Positions 40,948 to 51,910 of a stretch of 64,000 bases of DNA are shown here, in pieces. Both the position numbers and the translations under genes were made by a program. The notes under the pieces are model-generated. The model worked only from the letters and a program-made list of their open reading frames with translations. It had not been told where the DNA came from and made no database searches. Within the stretch, counting starts at the first letter, position 1. Each line of letters opens with the position of its first letter. Source of the stretch: Candidatus Brocadiia bacterium (lineage in GTDB: Bacteria; Planctomycetota; Brocadiia; SM23-32); assembly GCA_046538485.1 (NCBI GenBank), contig JBKHIT010000008.1, positions 1 through 64,000 of the forward strand, given 5' to 3'.

Positions 40948-41087
40948 CAGGTGAATGCGACCGACCTGGGCCGGCGGTCAAGGCGGATCGGTGGGCGAAA
41001 CTGGACTTGAGACGGGCAGTGCCTGCAAAAATGCCAGTGCGCGCGGAAATCCCAACAAATCGACCCGCGTTCTGAACTCCAGTCCGC
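40948..41087 (+). repeat. Dispersed structured repeat family, locus 3
   Basis: 41017-41082 is identical to 32449-32514 and is preceded by GGGCGAAACTGGACTTGA. Confidence 0.85.
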
Positions 41088-41146
41088 CCGCGGGGGGCTA
41101 ATGGGGTGAAAAACCGTTTCTTTAGTCTAAACCGGCTCATCAACGG

Positions 41147-41238
41147 CTCTGAAATCCGGATTCTGGGGTAAAAACTTTTTCTGCCTACCGCTAAGTCCCG
41201 ACTGTGCAAATATTTCTGCTCAACGCACATGGCTCGCT
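41147..41238. mobile_element. Diverged orphan copy of the IS end found at 22616-22707
   Basis: Ungapped manual alignment over ~92 bp at roughly 70-75% identity. Confidence 0.6.
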
Positions 41239-41281
41239 CCCACTTCAGAAGCAAATGAACCGCCCACAGGCAGGCAAACCA

Positions 41282-42610
41282 CTAAAAGCTTTCACTGAAC
41301 TCCACAGCCGGCTCAAGCACCTCCGTCACGACTCCCGCCCCGTTCAAACGCCCGTGTCCCATCGCAACGGCCGAAAGCGAACGCGAACCGCACCCGTGTT
41401 CGGTAATATCGCCGAAAACTAGTTGAGCGATGCAGAAATAGGCTCGACCCAGATCGACTGCTCGACGCAGCAATTTAATATCTTTCCTTATGATCCCCGT
41501 CAAAGCCCACAAAGGTGGACTCGGCGCAGCATCCCCGTTCTCGTCCAACCAATCCGGTTTGTCACTTCGCATGCCGAGCGGCCCGGTCCCGACCCTCTCC
41601 GCGGGATCGACCACCATCGTCAACTCGCCGACCTCCCGAAACTGTTCTGGGGGCACCTTTTCCAAAAGTTCATCGAACTGCTCGCTCCCCGTTCGATTTC
41701 TGAAACGCCGCACGGCGGCCTGGGCTTGCCAGGCGATGGGGTTGGCGATTTCTTCGGCCGCGACCTCTGTAATACGCGCCGCAGCGTCACGATAAATCGC
41801 ATTATCCGTCTTTTCCCAAAGGGTCAGCATCGCATCGGGGACGGCCGACGCCAGCAAATTCTCGGCTTTAGACAAAAGCAAATCCAGATCGTCGGGAGCT
41901 TCGCCGGCAAAAGATTCATAATCCCCGTCCCCGTTTTTCCGCTGGTAGACCGGCCCTTCGGAATCGATCCCGACGGGCAGATTTTCGTCGGCCACGATGG
42001 CGTGTGCCCATCGTTGCCCGTAATGAATTGCGAAATCCAGGTAACGCTCCTCCCCTGTCGCATCGTGGGCAATCAAAGCGATCGATATCATGCGGACGTG
42101 TTCGGGGAAATTGAGGGACGGTTCGCCCACGAACTCGGTCCCGAGATACAGAGAACGGAAAACGCCCCGGCCCCAATCGTACCAATCCGGTGCCCCCTCG
42201 CTCCAATTGCCTATGTGATGTGCGGCATCTTCGAGTTGCCGTACCGTCTCGCGATCCGTTTTGTCGAGTCCCACCAAAGATCCCAAAAAGAGTTCAAAAT
42301 GTTCCGTGCCGTGATGAGCTTCCTGTTTTTTCCAGTATCCATGGCTCCAGCTGTCGTCCTGAACGAATCGCGCTCGGGTTCGATCCCGGTACATTTTCAT
42401 AAACCGCAAAGGACGAGGATCCCCGGTCGTACGGGCGTAGGAAGCCCAGGGAACCATGAACGTGCCCCCATCGTGGGAACCGGAACTGATCCCTTTGGAA
42501 TTGGCTTGAACGACCCGCCGCACCCAGGATTCCATTTCCGCGAGAAACTGTTGGATCGCCGCCGCGAGCGAGGGGGATTCTGGCACCGTAGCCGTTGTGG
42601 AATCAGTCAT
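41282..42610 (-). CDS. Hypothetical alpha-helical protein, possibly glycoside-hydrolase-like
   Basis: Start MTDS at 42610 after GGAG. EAHHGTEHF, HHIGNW and PDWYDW segments. Confidence 0.7.
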   Translation of the reverse strand: MTDSTTATVPESPSLAAAIQQFLAEMESWVRRVVQANSKGISSGSHDGGTFMVPWASYARTTGDPRPLRFMKMYRDRTRARFVQDDSWSHGYWKKQEAHHGTEHFELFLGSLVGLDKTDRETVRQLEDAAHHIGNWSEGAPDWYDWGRGVFRSLYLGTEFVGEPSLNFPEHVRMISIALIAHDATGEERYLDFAIHYGQRWAHAIVADENLPVGIDSEGPVYQRKNGDGDYESFAGEAPDDLDLLLSKAENLLASAVPDAMLTLWEKTDNAIYRDAAARITEVAAEEIANPIAWQAQAAVRRFRNRTGSEQFDELLEKVPPEQFREVGELTMVVDPAERVGTGPLGMRSDKPDWLDENGDAAPSPPLWALTGIIRKDIKLLRRAVDLGRAYFCIAQLVFGDITEHGCGSRSLSAVAMGHGRLNGAGVVTEVLEPAVEFSESF

Positions 42611-42633
42611 GTCGTCTTCTCCGCACGCAGAAT

Positions 42634-42795
42634 TCACTCGACGAGTTCGAACTGATCTTTCCCTACCCCACAAATGGGGCATTCCCAATCATCAGGAAGG
42701 TCTTCAAAAGACACGCCGGGATCGATTTCCGCGGCCGGATCACCTTTTTCGGGATCGTAAATATAACCACATACCTCACACCGATATTTTTCCAC
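42634..42795 (-). CDS. Rubredoxin
   Basis: [13 protein letters not shown]...[17 protein letters not shown] start with an AGGAG RBS. Confidence 0.95.
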   Translation of the reverse strand: MEKYRCEVCGYIYDPEKGDPAAEIDPGVSFEDLPDDWECPICGVGKDQFELVE

Positions 42796-42840
42796 CTTTT
42801 TCTCCTGTTTTCCGTGAATTTCCGGGGCGAGAAGAGCGTC

Positions 42841-42869
42841 ATTGTAAGTTTGCCTGTGGGCAGTGTCAA
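42841..42869 (-). promoter_or_regulatory. Near-consensus sigma70 promoter for rubredoxin
   Basis: TTGACA-N17-TACAAT. Confidence 0.7.
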
Positions 42870-42984
42870 CCACCCTTTTTTCCGTTTGATTTTGGGCGGG
42901 TCCCGTGTTACAAGAACCTTCTACTCGCCGTGTTTTGTTGTTTTTGGAAGACGAATATTTCCGCAGTATCAAAGGAGTGTATTT

Positions 42985-44136
42985 ATGTCGGCAGATAAGG
43001 TGCGAATTGGCATAGTTGGTGTTGGCGGTATGGGTTCCGGACATTGTAACAGCTGCCAGAAGGTCGATGAGGTGGAACTGACCGGTGTGGCCGATATTGA
43101 CGAAGACCGTGCGAAGGAGATCGGTGAGAAATACGATGTCCCGTATTTCACCTCCCACGAAGAACTCCTGGAGGCGGATCTTGCCGACGCGCTCGTCGTT
43201 GCCACGCCTCATTACTTTCACCCACCCATCGCCATCGATGGTTTCAAAGCGGGCCTTCATGTTCTGAGCGAAAAACCCATCGGCGTGCGCGTTGGATTCG
43301 CCGAGAAAATGGTCGAAGCCGCCGAAGAACACGATAAGATTTTCTGCGTGATGTTCCAGCGCCGTACGGAATCAGCCGTGCGGAAAGCCCGCGAACTCGT
43401 TGAAGCCGGTGAGCTCGGTGAGATCCACCGCACGCTTCTGGTATCACCGGAATTTCGCAGCCAGGCATATTATGATTCAGGGAGCTGGCGCGCCACATGG
43501 GCCGGCGAAGGGGGCGGACCAATGATGAACCAGGCCCCCCACATTATGGACATCTTCATCCTGCTCGGCGGTATGCCCTCCCGGGTCAATGGAACAACAA
43601 AGACCTGGATGCATGACATCGAAGTGGAAGATCATGCGGATGCCACCCTCGAGTATGAAAACGGTGCGACCGGTTATTTCTATGTCTCCACGTGCGAACC
43701 CGGTCCCGGCCAGATCATCCAGGTTTGGGGCGAAAAAGGCAAACTCCAGTTTATCGATGGTCAGCTCAGTTTTGCCCGCTACAAAACCCCTGTGAGTGAA
43801 TTCAGCCGAGAAAATACCGAGATGTGGGGTAAACCGGAGACTGAAATGGTCGACCTGGAACTGCCGGAATGCGATACGGGCCATCACGTGATTCTCAGGA
43901 ACTTTGCCCGATCCATTCTTGAAGGCGAACCTTTGATTTCACCCGGAGAAGTTGGCGTGAACCAACTTGAACTGGCCAACGCCATCGCCCTCTCATCGAA
44001 TAAAGGTGAAGCCGTCGATATCCCGATCGACCGGGAAGCGTTCAACGCCCTGATGGAAGAACTTGCCGCCACCTCAAGTTACGACGAGTCTCAGCAGGAA
44101 GTGCACCGAGAAACTGACCCCCAGTTTGACGCCTGA
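42985..44136 (+). CDS. Gfo/Idh/MocA family oxidoreductase
   Basis: [14 protein letters not shown] and [14 protein letters not shown] at 42985 after AAGGAG. Confidence 0.9.
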   Translation: MSADKVRIGIVGVGGMGSGHCNSCQKVDEVELTGVADIDEDRAKEIGEKYDVPYFTSHEELLEADLADALVVATPHYFHPPIAIDGFKAGLHVLSEKPIGVRVGFAEKMVEAAEEHDKIFCVMFQRRTESAVRKARELVEAGELGEIHRTLLVSPEFRSQAYYDSGSWRATWAGEGGGPMMNQAPHIMDIFILLGGMPSRVNGTTKTWMHDIEVEDHADATLEYENGATGYFYVSTCEPGPGQIIQVWGEKGKLQFIDGQLSFARYKTPVSEFSRENTEMWGKPETEMVDLELPECDTGHHVILRNFARSILEGEPLISPGEVGVNQLELANAIALSSNKGEAVDIPIDREAFNALMEELAATSSYDESQQEVHRETDPQFDA

Positions 44137-44185
44137 GACTGTTATTGTTGAAACGGCGTGTCATTTTTTCTGAAGGAGGCCAAAA

Positions 44186-45214
44186 ATGGCTAAAATGAAA
44201 GCCGCAGTATGTCACGAACCATTCGACCTCACCATCGAGGAGGTTGACAAACCTGAGCCGGGCGAGAGCGAAGTCGTCGTGAAGGTAAAAGCTACAGGCG
44301 TCTGCGGATCGGATGTTGACGGCTATATCGGCAAACACCCCTGGATTGACCTGCCCATGATACTCGGACACGAATGCAGCGGCGTTGTGGATACTGTCGG
44401 GCCGGATGTAACGAAATTTGAGCCCGGCGATCCCGTCGTGGTCGAGCCGTTTTTTGTCTGCGGTGAATGTCCGAATTGCCTCAAAGGCGACTACAACATG
44501 TGCCGGGATATCACGATTATCGGGCATCAGGTCGATGGCTCTTTTGCGGAGTATATCCTGATGACAGAAAGGTTTTTGCATCCTCTGCCCGAGGCGGTGA
44601 GTTTTGAGGTAGGGGCGCTGGCCGAACCAATAAGCGGGGCCCTCCATGGCGTCGGGCGATGTAACCTGAACATTGGTGACTTTGTCGTTGTCCTGGGCTG
44701 CGGAACGATCGGTTATTTTTTGGTCCAACATGCGGTTAACAGTGGGGCCAAAGTACTCGTCACGGAACCCGAAGATTACAAAAGAGAGGCCGCCCTGGCC
44801 GTCGGAGCCGAATGGGTTCTCGACCCCACATCCGAATCCGTCGAAGATAAGGTAATGGAAATCAGCGACGGGATAGGTGCCGATTGTGTGATGGAAGCCG
44901 TTGGTATCCAGGAAACAATCGGAAAAACCGTCTCCCTGGCCCGCAAGGGAGGAACCATTCTGCTCATGGGCTGGACCGGCAATGAAACAGACGATTTCGA
45001 CTGCACGAATATGACATTGGACGAAATGACCGTGCTCGGCACGATGGGATTTGCTTTCGATTTCCCCGTTACGCTCGACCTTCTGGCGCGCGATAAAGTC
45101 GATGCCGAACGTATTATCACCCACCGTTTTCCTCTCGATGAAGCCGAGGAAGCCCTCGAAACGCTTCACGAAAAACGGGACAATGTCTGGAAAGCCGCCC
45201 TCATCTTCGATTGA
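44186..45214 (+). CDS. Zn-dependent alcohol/sugar dehydrogenase (MDR family)
   Basis: GVCGSD, GHECSG, CGECPNC and GCGTIG. Confidence 0.92.
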   Translation: MAKMKAAVCHEPFDLTIEEVDKPEPGESEVVVKVKATGVCGSDVDGYIGKHPWIDLPMILGHECSGVVDTVGPDVTKFEPGDPVVVEPFFVCGECPNCLKGDYNMCRDITIIGHQVDGSFAEYILMTERFLHPLPEAVSFEVGALAEPISGALHGVGRCNLNIGDFVVVLGCGTIGYFLVQHAVNSGAKVLVTEPEDYKREAALAVGAEWVLDPTSESVEDKVMEISDGIGADCVMEAVGIQETIGKTVSLARKGGTILLMGWTGNETDDFDCTNMTLDEMTVLGTMGFAFDFPVTLDLLARDKVDAERIITHRFPLDEAEEALETLHEKRDNVWKAALIFD

Positions 45215-45407
45215 TCTCCCGGCACATTCCGAAGCGCCCGTTTAACGGGCTCTCCGATTGTCCCGGCTTTGTTCCACGCGGCTTGGCCGCCGGATATCCG
45301 GCGTAATTGAGGCAGGCAAACGTTCGGAAATGGCAGGTAGCTGTAGGTCCACATCGCCGAGGCGGAACTGCCGTTGGTCGTTCTGCTGTTTTGCTCCGAG
45401 ACCGAAA

Positions 45408-45467
45408 GTCCCAACAGACGCGACCGCGTTCTGAACTCCAGCCTCCGGCTGAAGTCCAGTCCGCTCA
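45408..45467 (+). repeat. Dispersed structured repeat family, locus 4 (partial)
   Basis: CCCAACA..GACCGCGTTCTGAACTCCAGCCTCCGGCTGAAGTCCAGTCCGCTCA. Confidence 0.85.
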
Positions 45468-45587
45468 TATGCCAGTGCCGATGATAAAAAATCGGCTGCA
45501 CATCGCACTTACAAAAATCTCCGCACGAACGTGCCTTGCCAGCGCAAACCGCTGGCTTTGCAATGCGTGCGGGATAGCGATCATATT

Positions 45588-46451
45588 TTATTTCATAAAC
45601 GGGCTGAACGGGCTGATAAACCATAAGAACAAACCCAGAAGGACCAAAAGAATAAGACAACACCAGCTGGCGTGTCTTCGTTCCCGATCCTCTTTCTGGG
45701 CCTGAGTTTCGACAGGTTCCTCCCGGGACTTCCTCTTTTCTTCTTTCTGCCTTTGCTTCTCACACCGTTGAAGATTTCGATACAGGCAGATGTTCACGGT
45801 GAGGCCAAACGGCACTCCAAGCAAGATCAAGAGCGAAAACCACGCATCTGTCAGCCCGATATGGATATAGCGGAGGAACATCGTCGGGATTAACACAACA
45901 AGGCCGGCGGCGGCAAGAATAACAAGAAGGGCCAGAACCCGCCAGAAATTCGGACGGATCAGCTCCTGGCTACGCTTGAGCGCTCTCCCGGCCCGTCGCC
46001 GGCCAAGAACGCTTTCGCAAGGTCCCAGAATGTATACAACCCCCAGATAGATCCCGGGAATAATCAGCAATAAATATCCGACTGCAATTGCAAGGAGATA
46101 CACCAGAGAGCAGACGAAGTAGTCCCACCAGTACCCCAAACCGCTTTTCAGTGCTTCCAAAACGTTGGGCGTCTTGTTCTCGCGCCGCGCAGCGTCAATT
46201 GCCACGATCAGCGAAGCAGACACCCAACAGAGCAATAATCTCTGGATCAGAAAAACGCCGAATTTGGAGCCGATGCCTGGCCAGTCGCTCACGGGAACGA
46301 TCCTGGAGCTGGCCCGGCCCAACGCATAAATAGCAGCTCCCACCAGTGATATTTTCAGGAGAGTCGCCCAGTGTGTCAGGAATATGGTCACTGCTTCCCG
46401 TATAATCCCTATGACGTCAATCTTACGCGACGGAAACTCTTTTTCGTTCAT
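45588..46451 (-). CDS. Hypothetical membrane protein
   Basis: Multiple TM segments with a G..LLIIPGIYL..ALKRS.EL...FWR pattern. Confidence 0.75.
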   Translation of the reverse strand: MNEKEFPSRKIDVIGIIREAVTIFLTHWATLLKISLVGAAIYALGRASSRIVPVSDWPGIGSKFGVFLIQRLLLCWVSASLIVAIDAARRENKTPNVLEALKSGLGYWWDYFVCSLVYLLAIAVGYLLLIIPGIYLGVVYILGPCESVLGRRRAGRALKRSQELIRPNFWRVLALLVILAAAGLVVLIPTMFLRYIHIGLTDAWFSLLILLGVPFGLTVNICLYRNLQRCEKQRQKEEKRKSREEPVETQAQKEDRERRHASWCCLILLVLLGLFLWFISPFSPFMK

Positions 46452-46590
46452 AATAATTCCTGCCCCACAATCTTTGACGATCCTCCGGTAGCATAATATC
46501 CCAAAGCGAAGCCGTTTGAAAATGCAATCGATGCTACCACGCAGGAGTTACAGTCCGATTTCTTAAGCGGTATTTGGGGAATTTGTCAGA

Positions 46591-46623
46591 AAGAAAGCGT
46601 TCTCCGGCGGCTTGCCAGAACGC
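46591..46623 (-). terminator. Probable intrinsic terminator
   Basis: Minus strand GCGTTCTGGC-aagcc-GCCGGAGAACGC followed by TTTCTTTCT. Confidence 0.55.
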
Positions 46624-46910
46624 CCCTGTTCAGCCTGACGTCCGGGCCAAATAGGTTATTGCGAGGCCGGCGTTCGGCGCGGCGGAGCAATCCTTCTGGG
46701 CCACGGTTGGTTTACCCCATCCGGCTTCTGTTTTTCTTTCAGTCAATCGGTTCCCCTCTGGAGCCAGGCACCCCGATAGCCATGCAATGTGCGTTCGCTC
46801 CTGATCAGCCAGGATGAGAACAGAGCCCCCCGCGGGGGGCGATTCAGACGAGATATTCCCCCTCGCACTTTATCGCGAGTTTACCGAAAGCGCCCCATAT
46901 TGCGGGCAGC

Positions 46911-47837
46911 CTACGGCGCTTCCTTCGGGCAGTAAAGATTAACGTACCGCATTTCGCTGTCCCTCTCCAGTATCAGATCGGCTCGTTCGCGGGTCGACGC
47001 GCACAATTCGTAATTGGGCCTGTCAACCCGCTCGAAATGTCGACGCGCATCCTCAGGATCCCGGCCGCCGCGGATGTGCCGCTGGATGATCCTGGATTTG
47101 ATTGCCTCAAAAGGGGTATCAAGAAAAAGCGACACATCAAGATAATCGGCCACAGAAGCCCATTCCTCACCCCCGAACAGCAAAAAATTGCCTTCCACAA
47201 GGGCAATCGAATGCTCCGGTCGGACGGGAACGCGGGAACGGACGGGTTCATGCAGCTCACGGTCGTAAGCGGGGACATCAATGGAATCCCCCTTCGAAAC
47301 TTCTCGCAAAACATTTACGAACGACCGAACATCGAATGTTTCAGGCCTGCCCTTAAGTTCCTGCAGCCCGTGCTCGGCAAGCCATTCATTGGAACGATGA
47401 AATCCGTCTAATGACATCATAGCGACGGCATCATCTGAACCAAGCAACACATCGATAACGCGTTTGAGGAGTGAACAAAAAACAGATTTGCCTCCGCCCG
47501 GTGGGCCTGCAATCCCCACCAACCTGCGGCCCGGATTGGCGTCAATGTTGCACAAACCGAGAGCCAGAGGAAGAATAAAACGCCACATCTCAACACGGGT
47601 CGTTTTGCATTCGATCTCGCGCCCATCCACATCCATTCGGCACGATGGGCAGAACTTTTCAACGCGTGGGAAGCCGTCCAGCAGGCTTTTGTCCGATGGG
47701 GAAACGATGAGGGGCGCCCGGGCAAGCACTTTCAGTGTCCGCCGAAGGTTAATATCATTCAAAACTTTCGATTTGAGTTTCCCGGAAAGCTCACCTCCAT
47801 CGGCCAGCATTTTCAGGCGAGACCCCAGCTGCGTCAT
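46911..47837 (-). CDS. P-loop kinase of the pantothenate/uridine kinase (YggC/FrcK-like) family
   Basis: GPPGGGKS, LDGFH, KGRPETFD and EGNFLL. Start MTQL at 47837. Confidence 0.85.
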   Translation of the reverse strand: MTQLGSRLKMLADGGELSGKLKSKVLNDINLRRTLKVLARAPLIVSPSDKSLLDGFPRVEKFCPSCRMDVDGREIECKTTRVEMWRFILPLALGLCNIDANPGRRLVGIAGPPGGGKSVFCSLLKRVIDVLLGSDDAVAMMSLDGFHRSNEWLAEHGLQELKGRPETFDVRSFVNVLREVSKGDSIDVPAYDRELHEPVRSRVPVRPEHSIALVEGNFLLFGGEEWASVADYLDVSLFLDTPFEAIKSRIIQRHIRGGRDPEDARRHFERVDRPNYELCASTRERADLILERDSEMRYVNLYCPKEAP

Positions 47838-47877
47838 ACGTTTGACTCCCAAAAACCAGAACGATTTCTCGCGTGGT

Positions 47878-48954
47878 TTAATCCCGGGACAGCAGTTCGT
47901 CGGCCGTGTCGGGGTCGAGATTTTTTGCAATTTCGGTCAGCAATTCCAGCGTCGCATCGAAATCATCTACGTGGATGATGCCTGCGTGGCTGTGGATGTA
48001 GCGGGTGGGAATCCCCAGCACCACGCTGGCAACGCCTCTTGAATGGAGCTGGACCGCCCGCGCATCAGTCGCTCCCCCTTCAATGAGACTCAGCTGATGC
48101 GGGATTTCTTTCTCCTCTGCGATTTCCAGGACAAAATCGCGGAATCGTTTATGGGAAATCGTCCCGGCATCCAGCATATACAAAATTGGTCCCTTCCCGA
48201 GCTCTACTTTCGCCTCGTTTTCAATGCCCGGCACGTCGGTGGCAATTCCCACATCAAGCACGACACAGAAATCGGGATCGACCACGTCCGCCGATGTCTC
48301 GGCCCCGCGCGTCCCCACTTCCTCCTGGACCGTGCCGACACCGCAGACGGTATTGGGGTGCTCGATTTCCTGGAGATCTTTCAGCAGCTCAATCATGAGT
48401 GCGCAGCCGACCCGGTCGTCCCAGGCTTTCCCCAGGAGATAATTCTCATTCGCCATCTGACAGAATTGCTGCCGCGGGATGACAGGGTCGCCAATACGCA
48501 CACCCCGCTCCTCGGCATCCTTTTTGTCCCTCGCTCCCACGTCGATAAACATTTGTTTCTTCTTGATAAGCTTTTCGCGGTCCTCTTTGGGCATCATATG
48601 AGGCGGGGTACATCCGATAACACCCGGAATTTTGCCGTTGCGCGTGTGAACGACCACGTCGTGGCTCAACATGACCTGTTCGAGCCACCCGCCGAGCGTT
48701 GCAAACCGCAGACACCCGGTTTCGTCGATATCCTTAACAACAAACCCCACTTCGTCCATATGGGCCGGAATCATAATGGACGGTTTGTCCTCGGTGCCTC
48801 TTTTACGACAGACCAGGCTGCCGAGATTGTCATTTTCGAATTCTACGGCACCTTTCAGCTCGGATTTGACACGGTTTCGCACCTCCGTCTCGAAACCCGA
48901 AACACCGTCCATTTCACTGAGTGTTTTGAGCAATTCGAGTGTGCTATCCTTCAT
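47878..48954 (-). CDS. M42 family aminopeptidase
   Basis: AHMDEVG, GKAWDDR, VQEEVG, GGATDA and RYIHS. Confidence 0.92.
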   Translation of the reverse strand: MKDSTLELLKTLSEMDGVSGFETEVRNRVKSELKGAVEFENDNLGSLVCRKRGTEDKPSIMIPAHMDEVGFVVKDIDETGCLRFATLGGWLEQVMLSHDVVVHTRNGKIPGVIGCTPPHMMPKEDREKLIKKKQMFIDVGARDKKDAEERGVRIGDPVIPRQQFCQMANENYLLGKAWDDRVGCALMIELLKDLQEIEHPNTVCGVGTVQEEVGTRGAETSADVVDPDFCVVLDVGIATDVPGIENEAKVELGKGPILYMLDAGTISHKRFRDFVLEIAEEKEIPHQLSLIEGGATDARAVQLHSRGVASVVLGIPTRYIHSHAGIIHVDDFDATLELLTEIAKNLDPDTADELLSRD

Positions 48955-49188
48955 TATTTCTTCTCCTGCGGCAAAAAAAAAGGTCAGTATCCCACAACCT
49001 GTTCTGTAAACTCGTCGGGGACTACGTCCGGTGAGTCGCGCTATTATAAGACCCGTTGCGGCAATGTAAAATGCTTATCAGTAAATTGGCAGCAACCGGT
49101 TCTTGGGGACAAAAAGGCAAATCTTGAGCCGCGCGCAACGTGAACGGTCTCAGTATCGCTCCATTATCGCAAGCCTGGAAAACATTTT

Positions 49189-50655
49189 TTATGTTTCTTC
49201 CAGGTAGGGATTTTCCCCGTCGAGAAAGTGAATTTTCAGCATGTCTGTGCCGCCCGGGGTATTTGTTGATGCGCCGGCGATACAGACCATCGTATCTCCT
49301 ATCTCGGCCATACCCAGTTCCAACAACCGAGCTTCCCCCCGCTCGATCATCTCATCGGTGTTTCCGAAGATGGAAAACAATACCGGATGCACGCCCCAGA
49401 CAAGACTCATACGACGAAATGTCGTTTCCTCGGGAGTCAGAGCGTAGATCGGCTGCGAAGGCCTTTGCTGGGAGACAAACTGTGCCGTCCTGCCCGTTAT
49501 GGTAAAAGCAACGATACCCTCTGCATTGATTTTTGTCGAAACATTCCGTGCCGCTTGTGCAAGAGCAAACTGCTGGGCCGTATCACTTTCGTCCCTTTCC
49601 AGTTCGTCAAAATCGCACTGAACTTCCTCCAATGCTTCCGCCTTCTCAGCAATGCGTGCCATAACACGAATCGTGACCACAGGGCGGTCCCCTATCGCGG
49701 TCTCACCACTCAACATAACGGCGTCGGTGCCGTCCAAAATGGCATTGGCCACATCCGTTGCCTCGGCCCGCGTCGGACGGTTCTGGTGAATCATCGATTC
49801 CAGCATCTGCGTCGCTGTGATAACCGGGACGCCGTGCAGATTTGCACGGCGGATGATTTGTTTTTGGACGATAGGGACTGTTTCGATCGGCATCTCAATA
49901 CCCAGATCGCCCCTCGCCACCATGACCCCGTCGGCAACGCCCAGTATGTCGTCCAATTCTTCGACAGCTTCCGGACGTTCGATCTTCGCCACGATTGGAA
50001 TCGGCCCGATGTTCTCGGATTCCATGTGCTGGCGAAGGCGCTCAATATCCTCGGCTCGTCGTACAAAACTCAATGCCACATAATCAACGTGGTGGTCACG
50101 AGCAAACTGCAGGTCTTCCAGGTCTTTCTCGGTCGGTGGCGAGACCGAAAGATCGACATCGGGCAGGTTCATGCCTTCATGGGGGCCCAGTCTTCCCCCT
50201 TCAACGACGCGGCAAGTCACGGCGGGAGGATTCACTTCCGTTACTTCCAGCTCAATAAATCCATCCCGCAAAAGAATCCGATCACCAACTTCCGCGTCCT
50301 CAGCCAGATCCTCGTAGATGGTGGCAATTCTCTCAGCGGTCCCCTCAAAGTCTCCGGATTCGATCGTTACTGAACTGTTTGCTTCGAGTTCGACATACTC
50401 ACTGTGCAGTTCACCGGTGCGGATTCTGGGGCCCTGCAGATCCTGCATAACAGCGATTGGACGGTTTTCTTCCTCTGCCGCATCGCGGATTTTTTCCAGC
50501 ATTTCGGCATGCCACTGGCGTGTTCCGTGGGAAAAATTGAGCCGGAACACAGCTGCGCCCGCTTTTATCATCTGCCTGAGGACGGCCGTCGATTCGCAGG
50601 CCGGTCCAACGGTAGCAACAATTTTCGTGCGTCGCCCCTGTTTTTTCTGAACCAT
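49189..50655 (-). CDS. pyk: Pyruvate kinase
   Basis: TKIVATVGP, RLNFSHG, AKIE, ARGDLG, ATQMLESM and MLSGETA. Confidence 0.96.
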   Translation of the reverse strand: MVQKKQGRRTKIVATVGPACESTAVLRQMIKAGAAVFRLNFSHGTRQWHAEMLEKIRDAAEEENRPIAVMQDLQGPRIRTGELHSEYVELEANSSVTIESGDFEGTAERIATIYEDLAEDAEVGDRILLRDGFIELEVTEVNPPAVTCRVVEGGRLGPHEGMNLPDVDLSVSPPTEKDLEDLQFARDHHVDYVALSFVRRAEDIERLRQHMESENIGPIPIVAKIERPEAVEELDDILGVADGVMVARGDLGIEMPIETVPIVQKQIIRRANLHGVPVITATQMLESMIHQNRPTRAEATDVANAILDGTDAVMLSGETAIGDRPVVTIRVMARIAEKAEALEEVQCDFDELERDESDTAQQFALAQAARNVSTKINAEGIVAFTITGRTAQFVSQQRPSQPIYALTPEETTFRRMSLVWGVHPVLFSIFGNTDEMIERGEARLLELGMAEIGDTMVCIAGASTNTPGGTDMLKIHFLDGENPYLEET

Positions 50656-50656
50656 T

Positions 50657-51910
50657 CTATTTCTCAATTTTGCTGGACAAGAACTGGATAGCGCGATCCC
50701 ATTGATCTTTGCGGGCACGTTCCAGTTTCTCTCGCCATTTTTTTGCCGCTTCTAAACTTTGTTCCTGGGATGGAGGAGCAATTTCTCCTACAACGATATC
50801 CGGCTCAATGCCGTCGCCGATGGTCCTGTTCTTACCCGCGGTATAATGGGCAACCGTCAACATCATACCGGAACCATCGGGAAGGACAAAAATCCGGTTG
50901 ACCGCTCCCTTGCCGAAAGTTTTCGCCCCGATCAACGTCGCACGGCCGTGATCCTGAAGCGCCCCGCCCATTACTTCCGAAGCACTGGCGCTCCGATTAT
51001 TGACCAGAATGGCTATGGGAATCTCATCCGTAACCATAGTCTCACTGGAAGCTTTGAACGTTTTCGTCTCGTCACTCACCCGGCTGTCCAGGCTGGCAAT
51101 TACGCCGCTACTGAGAAACAGATCGCAGATATCAACCGCCGCGCTGAGCAAACCACCGCTGTTACCACGCAGATCGATCAGAATGGCTCCCCACTTTTCT
51201 GCTTTCTTAAAATCTCTCAGAGCCTTTTTTACATCTTCCACGCAATGTTCATCAAATTGCTTCAGCTCGATATAACCGATTCCCTTTTCAAGCATGCGCG
51301 ATTTAACGCTATCGACCCGGATTTTTTCGCGCTTCAGGGAAACGACTTCTTCCTTTCCTTTTTCGACGCGGCGAATATTGAGCGTCAGTTCTGTCCCAAC
51401 TTTCCCACGAATCCTGGCAATCATCTCCTCAAAACTCATCTCAGATGTGGATTGGCCATTGACACCAATAATGGCATCGCCTACCTGTATGTTGGCTTTT
51501 TCAGCGGGGCTCTCGGGCTGGGTTTCCATCACGACTCCGCCACCGTTCTGCGGAGTCACGATAATGCCTATACCCCCGAATTCGCCTTCTGTGATAACCT
51601 CACTGTTTCTGACCTGGAAATCGCTCAGGTACGCGCTGAACGGATCGTTGAGGCTCTGAACCATGCCTCGCATTGCCGCTTCATAAAGCTCATCCTGGGC
51701 GGTTTCTCCAGCGTAATGGCGTGGGATGGTTTTGAGAGCGGTGCTGAAAGCCGTTGCCTTCTTCTCGAGTTCTGAAGAGGGGGTCCTGACCAAAATGAGA
51801 CGAACTATCAGCCCCAGAGACAGGAAGGCCAGCAGCAAACTGAGCAGCGGAAGGTGGCGGTAACGGGAAACTCCCCCTTCCGATTGTGGATCATCCGACA
51901 TGGGCCTCAT
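50657..51910 (-). CDS. ctpA: S41 C-terminal processing peptidase (PDZ domain)
   Basis: FGGIGI, DLRGNSGG, SASASE and TFGKG. Confidence 0.88.
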   Translation of the reverse strand: MRPMSDDPQSEGGVSRYRHLPLLSLLLAFLSLGLIVRLILVRTPSSELEKKATAFSTALKTIPRHYAGETAQDELYEAAMRGMVQSLNDPFSAYLSDFQVRNSEVITEGEFGGIGIIVTPQNGGGVVMETQPESPAEKANIQVGDAIIGVNGQSTSEMSFEEMIARIRGKVGTELTLNIRRVEKGKEEVVSLKREKIRVDSVKSRMLEKGIGYIELKQFDEHCVEDVKKALRDFKKAEKWGAILIDLRGNSGGLLSAAVDICDLFLSSGVIASLDSRVSDETKTFKASSETMVTDEIPIAILVNNRSASASEVMGGALQDHGRATLIGAKTFGKGAVNRIFVLPDGSGMMLTVAHYTAGKNRTIGDGIEPDIVVGEIAPPSQEQSLEAAKKWREKLERARKDQWDRAIQFLSSKIEK

